NCBI GenBank assembly: GCA_040954595.2
Contig: CM082583.2
Coordinates: 528,542 to 592,541 of the forward strand
DNA length: 64,000 bases
Reading direction: 5' to 3'
DNA from: Balanoglossus misakiensis
Lineage: Eukaryota; Animalia; Hemichordata
The notes below the pieces were generated by a model. The model did not search any database and was not told the origin of the DNA. It worked only from the letters and a program-made list of their open reading frames with translations. The translations under genes were made by a program, and so were the position numbers. This document shows positions 56,901 through 64,000 of the stretch, piece by piece; the first letter of the stretch is position 1; every line of letters begins with the position of its first letter.

Positions 56901-59900
56901 CGTGTTTCTGCTCTAGAGTGCCGGGCTTTATCCAAGCCATGCCGTAGAAAATCTGACTTGATCACCGTTGCTAACGTACGCTAGTGTCTGTCATATTGTG
57001 ACGGAGATTTAGCCGAGCCAGGCCGTAGAAAAATCGACTTGTTCAACGTTACCAGTGTGCAACTGTTTCTGCTCTAGAGTGTCAGGGTTTTAGCCGACTT
57101 ATGCTGTAGGAAATCTGAGTTGATGAACGTGAATTCAATGTTAGAAAACCCGTGTGGAAAGTATCTCTACCCGTTTGAAACTAAGAAAAGAATTTATTCT
57201 TATTTTTTTGTAAAAAAGACAATTTTTCGAAAAAAAGTCGAAAATGGTAATTTTGTCTTGGGTGATTCAAATTATACCGCCTTTTCTGGAATTTGCAGCA
57301 TTTTTTACAAGAGAACGACACATCATGCTCCATAATATTTCCGAAAATGAAGAAAAGAGTTATTTTTTTATGATTTTTTAAAAATTTACCATTTTTGTCA
57401 AAATATGGCCAAAATGGCTATTTTTTCTTGAATTCCGTCAATATCTCTGCATTTTTGGAGTGGTCGAAAGTTTTAACATACAATCAACATGTCATATATG
57501 ATCAGGGCACCAAATTCGAAGAACAAAGGTTTTTTTATTTTTTTTTCTTAAAATGACATTTTCAAGGAAAATTTGGTAAAACGCAATTTTATCTGCAGTG
57601 AGCCAAATTGGCCGTTTTTTGTGGAATTTGTATCGATATATATATACGAAGAGCATTCTATACTCCATCAGATTTCCGAAAATGTAGAAAACAGGTATTT
57701 TTGTAATTTTCAAAAATTTACCATTTTGACCAAATTGTGGCTAAAATTGTTATTTTCGTGTTGAATGCCGCCAGTGTCACTGCTTTTAAAAGTCATGAAA
57801 ACTTTTAACATACAAGCAATTGTTTATATATGATCAGGTCACCGAATTAAAATAATAAAGAATGTTTTCCCTAAAAATGACCTTTTTGGTGCAAAAACGA
57901 ATAAAACGCAATTTTGTATTAAATCAGCTCATTCAGAGTGCATTTTTTATAATCAGCACCATTTTTACATATAATGGAAATTTCATACATCATCAGATAT
58001 CCAAATATGAAAAAATGATTTAGATTTTAGATGATTGTCCAAAATTAGCTGATATCTATGTCATATAGAGCCGGTGCACCAGCCGAGTCACGCCGTAGGA
58101 AATCTGACTTGATCAACGTGGTCAATGTACGCCTGTTTCTGCTCTAGAGTGCCGGGGCTTCAGCTGAGCCAGGCCGTAGGAAACCCGACGTGATTACCGT
58201 TGTTAACTTACGCCAGTCTGTGTCCTATATATAGTGCCGGGGCATCAGCCGTGCCAGGCCGAAGGAAATGTGAGTAAATAAACGTGGTCTCTGTACGCGT
58301 GTTTCTGCTCTATAGTGCCAGGGCTTTAGCCAAGCCATGCCGAAGGAAATCTGACTTGATCAACGTTGCTTACTAACGCTAGTGTCTGTCATAGTGTGCC
58401 GGGGTTTTAGTCGAGCCAAGCCGTAGGAGATCAGACTTGATCAACGTGGTCTCTGTACGCGTTTTTCTGCTCTAGAGTGCCGGGGCTTTATCCAAGCCAT
58501 GCCGTAGAAAATCTGACTTGATCACCGTTGCTAACGTACGCTAGTGTCTGTCATATTGTGACGGACATTTAGCGGAGCCAGGCCGTAGAAAAATCGACTT
58601 GTTCAACGTTACCAGTGTGCAACTGTTTCTGCTCTAGAGTGTCAGGGTTTTAGCCGACTTATGCTGTAGGAAATCTGAGTTGATGAACGGGAATTCAATG
58701 TTAGAAAACCCGTGTGGAAAGTATCTCTACCCGTTTCAAACTAAGAAAAGAATTTATTCTTATTTATTTTGTAAAAAAGACAATTTTTCGAAAAAAAGTC
58801 GTAATTTTGTCTTGGGTGATTTAAATTATACCGCCTTTTCTGGAATTTGCAGCACTTTTTACAAGAGAACGACACTTCATGCTCCATAATATTTCCGAAA
58901 ATGAAGAAAAGAGTTAATTTTTTTATGATTTTTAAAAAATTTACCATTTTTGTCAAAATATGGCCAAAATGGCTATTTTTTCTTGAATTCCGTCAATATC
59001 TCTGCTTTTTTGGAGTGGTCGAAAGTTTTAACATACAATCAACATGTCATATATGATCAGGGCACCAAATTCGAAGAACAAAGGTTTTTTTATTTATTTT
59101 TCTAAAAATGACATTTTCAAGGAAAATTTGGTAAAACGCAATTTTGTCTGCAGTGAGCCTAATTAGACGGTCTTTTGTGGAATTTGTATCGATATATACA
59201 TACGAAGAGCATTCTATACTCCATCAGATTTCCGAAAATGTAGAAAACATGTATTTTTTGTAATTTTCAAAAATTTACCATTTTGACCAAATTGTGGCTA
59301 AAATTGTTATTTTCGTGTTGAATGCCGCCAGTGTCACTGCTTTTAAAAGTCATAAAAACTTTTAACATACAAGCAATTGTTTATATATAATCAGGTCACC
59401 GAATTAAAAAAATAAAGAATGTTTTGCCTAAAAATGACCTTTTTGGTGCAAAAACGAATAAAACGCAATTTTGTATTAAATCAGCTCATTCAGAGTGCAT
59501 TTTTTATAATCAGCACCATTTTTACATATAATTGAAATTTTATACATCATCAGATATCCAAATATGAAAAAATGATTTAGATTTTAGATGATTGTCCAAA
59601 ATTAGCTGAAATCTAATAAATGTAGTATTCAACCGTTCTGTTTCCCCCCCCCCCCCCCCTACATTATATGCGGTACGCCGATGTCAGCTTACCCGGCAGT
59701 ACTGCAGGCCGTGCCCCCAACTAACGTCGGTGTTTGAAGCGCCCAGGTTAAATTCGGGCCTTCTCTATAAATTGACAGCCAATAAGGCAGTCCTACCCGA
59801 ACAAATGTCGAGTGTTGACCCGCTGTGACTTTCCCTCTTCGGTTTGCCCGACTTAGATAACATCTTTGTACTAGAGTGTCGGGTCTTTTGCAGAGCCAGG

Positions 59901-62900
59901 CCGAAGGAAATCCGACTTGATCACCGTTGCTAACGAACGCTAGTGTCTGTCATGGTGTGCCGTGGTTTTAGTCGAGCCAGGCCGTAGGAGATCTGACTTG
60001 ATCATCGTTGTCAATGTACGAGTGTTTCCGCTCTAAAGCGCCGGGGCTTCAGCTAAACCAGGCCGTAGGAAATCCGACGTAATCACCGTTGATAACTTAC
60101 GCCAGTCTGTGTCATATAGAGCCGGTGCACCAGCCGAGTCACGCCGTAGGAAATATGACTTGATCAACGTGGTCAATGTACTCCTGTTTCTGCTCTAGAG
60201 TGCCGGGGCTTCAGCTGAGCCAGGCCGTAGGAAACCCGACGTGATTACCGTTGTTAACTTACGCCAGTCTGTGTCCTATATATAGTGCCGGGGCATCAGC
60301 CGTGCCAGGCCGAAGGAAATGTGAGTAGATCAACGTGGTCTCTGTACGCGTGTTTCTGCTCTAGAGTGCCAGGGCTTTAGCCAAGCCATGCCGTAGGAAA
60401 TCTGACTTGATCAACGTTGCTAATGAACGCTAGTGTCTGTCATAGTGTGCCGGGGTTTTAGTCGAGCCAAGCCGTAGGAGATCAGACTTGATCAACGTGG
60501 TTTCTGTACGCGTGTTTCTGCTCTAGAGTGCCGGGCTTTATCCAAGCCATGCCGTAGAAAATCTGACTTGATCACCGTTGCTAACGTACGCTAGTGTCTG
60601 TCATATTGTGACGGAGATTTAGCCGAACCAGGCCGTAGAAAAATCGACTTGTTCAACGTTACCATTTGTGCAACTGTTTCTGCTCTAGAGTGTCAGGGTT
60701 TTAGCCGACTTATGCTGTAGGAAATCTGAGTTGATGAACGGGAATTCATTGTTAGAAAACCCGTGTGGAAAGTATCTCTACCCGTTTGAAACTAAGAAAA
60801 GAATTTATTCTTATTTATTTTGTAAAAAAGACAATATTTCGAAAAAAAGTCGAAAATGGTAATTTTGTCTTGGGTGATTCAAATTATACCGCCTTTTCTG
60901 GAATTTGCAGCACTTTTTACAAGAGAACGACACTTCATGCTCCATAATATTTCCGAAAATGAAGAAAAGAGTTAATTTTTTATGAATTATTAAAAATTTA
61001 CCATTTTTGTCAAAATATGGCCAAAATGGCTATTTTTTCTTGAATTCCGTCAATATCTCTGCATTTTTGGAGTGGTCGAAAGTTTTAACATACAATCAAC
61101 ATGTCATATATGATCAGGGCACTAAATTCGAAGAACAAAGGTTTTTTTTTTTTTTTTCTAAAAATGACATTTTCAAGGAAAATTTGGTAAAACGCAATTT
61201 TGTCTGCAGTGAGCCAAATTAGACGGTCTTTTGTGGAATTTGTATCGATATATACATACGAAGAGCATTCTATACTCCATCAGATTTCCGAAAATGTAGA
61301 AAACATGTATTTGTTGTAATTTTCAAAAATTTACCATTTTGACCAAATTGTGGCTAAAATTGTTATTTTCGTGTTGAATGCCGCCAGTGTCACTGCTTTT
61401 AAAAGTCATAAAAACTTTCAACATACAAGCAATTGTTTATATATGATCAGGTCACCGAATTAAAAAAATAAAGAATGTTTTGCCTAAAAATGACCTTTTT
61501 GGCGCAAAAACGAATAAAACGCAATTTTGTATTAAATCAGCTCATTCAGAGTGCATTTTTTATAATCAGCACCATTTTTACATATAATGGAAATTTCATA
61601 CATCATCAGATATCCAAATATGAAAAAAATGATTTAGATTTTAGATGATTGTCCAAAATTAGCTGATATCTAATAAATGTAGTATTGAACCGTTCTGTTC
61701 CCCCCCCCCTACATTATATGCGGTACGCCGATGTCAGCTTACCCGGCAGTACTGCAGGCCGTGCCCCCAACTAACGTCGGTGTTTGAAACGCCCTGGTTA
61801 AATTCGGGCTTTCTCTATAAATTGACAGGCAATAATGCAGTCCTACCCGACCAAATGTCGAGTGTTGACCCGCTGTGACTTTCCCTCTTCGGTTTGCCCG
61901 ACTTAGCCAACGTCTTTGTACTAATGTGTCGGGTCTTTTGCAGAGCCAGGCCGAAGGAAATCCGACTTGATCACCGTTGCTAACGAACGCTAGTGTCTGT
62001 CATGGTGTGCCGGGGTTTAGTCGAGCCAGGCCGTAGGAGATCTGACTTGATCATCGTGGTCAATGTACGCGTGTTTCCGCTCTAAAGTGCCGGGGCTTCA
62101 GCTAAACCAGGCCGTAGGAAATCCGACGTAATCACCGTTGATAACTTACGCCAGTCTGTGTCATATAGAGCCGGTGCACCAGCCGAGTCACGCCGTAGGA
62201 AATCTGACTTGATCAACGTGGTCACTGTACGCCTGTTTCTGCTCTAGAGTGCCGGGGCTTCAGCTGAGCCAGGCCGTAGGAAACCCGACGTGATTACCGT
62301 TGTTAACTTACGCCAGTCTTTGTCCTATATATAGTGCCGGGGCATCAGCCGTGCCAGGCCGAAGGAAATGTGAGTAGATCAACGTGGTCTCTGTACGCGT
62401 GTTTCTGCTCTAGAGTGCCAGGGCTTTAGCCAAGCCATGCCGTAGGAAATCTGACTTGATCAACGTTGCTAACGAACGCTAGTGTCTGTCATAGTTTGCC
62501 GGGGTTTTAGTCGAGCCAAGCCGTAGGAGATCAGACTTGATCAACGTGGTCTCTGTACGCGTGTTTCTGCTCTAGAGTGCCGGGGCTTTATCCAAGCTAT
62601 GCCGTAGAAAATCTGACTTGATCACCTTTGCTAACTTACGCTAGTGTCTGTCATATTGTGACGGAGATTAAGCCGAGCCAGGCCGTAGAAAAATCGACTT
62701 GTTCAACGTTACCAGTGTGCAACTGTTTCTGCTCTAGAGTGTCAGGGTTTTAGCCGACTTATGCTGTAGGAAATCTGAGTTGATGAACGGGAATTCATTG
62801 TTAGAAAACCCGTGTGGAAAGTATCTCTACACGTTTGAAACTAAGAAAAGAATTTATTCTTATTTCTTTTGTAAAAAGACAACATTTCGAAAAAAAGTCG

Positions 62901-64000
62901 AAAATGGTAATTTTGTCTTGGGTGATTCAAATTATACCGCCTTTTCTGGAATTTGCAGCACTTTTTACAAGAGAACGACACTTCATGCTCCATAATATTT
63001 CCGAAAATGAAGAAAAGAGTTAATTTTTTATGATTTTTAAAAATGTACCATTTTTGTCAAAATATGGCCAAAATGGCTATTTTTTCTTGAATTCCGTCAA
63101 TATCTCTGCATTTTTGGAGTGGTCGAAAGTTTTAACATACAATCAACATGTCATATATGATCAGGGCACCAAATTCGAAGAACAAAGGGTTTTTTATTTT
63201 TTTTCTAAAAATGACATTTTCAAGTAAAATTTGGTAAAACGCAATTTTGTCTGCAGTGAGCCATATTAGACTGTCTTTTGTGGAATTTGCATCGATATAT
63301 ACATACGAAGAGCATTCTATACTCCATCAGATTTCCGAAAATGTAGAAAACAGGTATTTTTTGTAATTTTCAAAAATTTACCATTTTGACCAAATTGTGG
63401 CTAAAATTGTTATTTTCGTGTTGAATGCCGCCAGTGTCACTGCTTTTAAAAGTCATAAAAACTTTTAACATACAAACAATTGTTTATATATGATCAGGTC
63501 ACCGAATTAAAAAAATAAAGAATGTTTTGCCTAAAAATGACCTTTTTGGTGCAAAAACGAATAAAACGCAATTTTGTATTAAATCAACTCATTCAGAGTG
63601 CATTTTTTATAATCAGCACCATTTTTACATATAATGGAAATTTTATACATCATCAGATATCCAAATATGAAAAAATGATTTAGATTTTAGATGATTGTCC
63701 AAAATTAGCTGATATCTAATAAATGTAGTATTGAACCGTTCTGCCCCCCCCCCCCCCTACATTATATGCGGTACGCCGATGTCAGCATACCCGGCAGTAC
63801 TGCAGGCCGTGCCCCCAACTATCGTCGGTGTTTGAAACGCCCTGGTTAAATTCGGGCTTTCTCTATAAATTGACAGGCAATAATGCAGTCCTACCAGAAC
63901 AAATGTCGAGTGTTGACCCGCTGTGACTTTCCCTCTTCGGTTTGCCCGACTTAGCCAACGTCTTTGTACTAATGTGTCGGGTCTTTTGCAGAGCCAGGCC
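47902..64000. repeat. ~2.05-kb composite macrosatellite, segment 3 (~8.4 units, runs off the right edge)
   Basis: Marker at 48985, ~51024, 53072, 55116, ~57154, ~58714, 60765 and 62814. Confidence 0.97.

Overview
Animal (probably marine invertebrate) repeat-rich DNA with no recognisable host housekeeping gene. Bases 1-13326 read as the right part of a large, intron-containing DNA transposon, best matched to the IS3EU superfamily. It has a spliced integrase-core (DDE) gene on the + strand, a convergent seven-exon coiled-coil/UBX-like gene on the - strand, and a damaged BTB-BACK-PHR cargo gene. It also has a duplicated 5' exon, a 78-bp subterminal array and a terminus reading TATGG on the - strand. 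Its introns hold a decayed LINE 5' end, several MITEs and a Helentron-like element. Bases 13327-64000 are a head-to-tail array of about 20 copies of a ~2.05-kb composite unit: about 10.5 GC-rich 81-bp monomers (162-bp A/B dimers), an AT-rich block of diverged ~167/335-bp repeats, and a poly-C tract plus a hairpin-rich core. The array is interrupted by a full-length but disabled Tx1/L1-clade LINE (19445-24471, 13-bp TSD) and an apparently intact Ty3/Gypsy LTR element (39809-47901, - strand, 612-bp LTRs identical by eye, tRNA-Trp PBS, -1 frameshift signal). The DNA transposon end, the LINE target site and a deletion breakpoint all fall at the same or a homologous position of the B-type 81-mer. 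All family calls come from motif recognition by eye; no searches were run.
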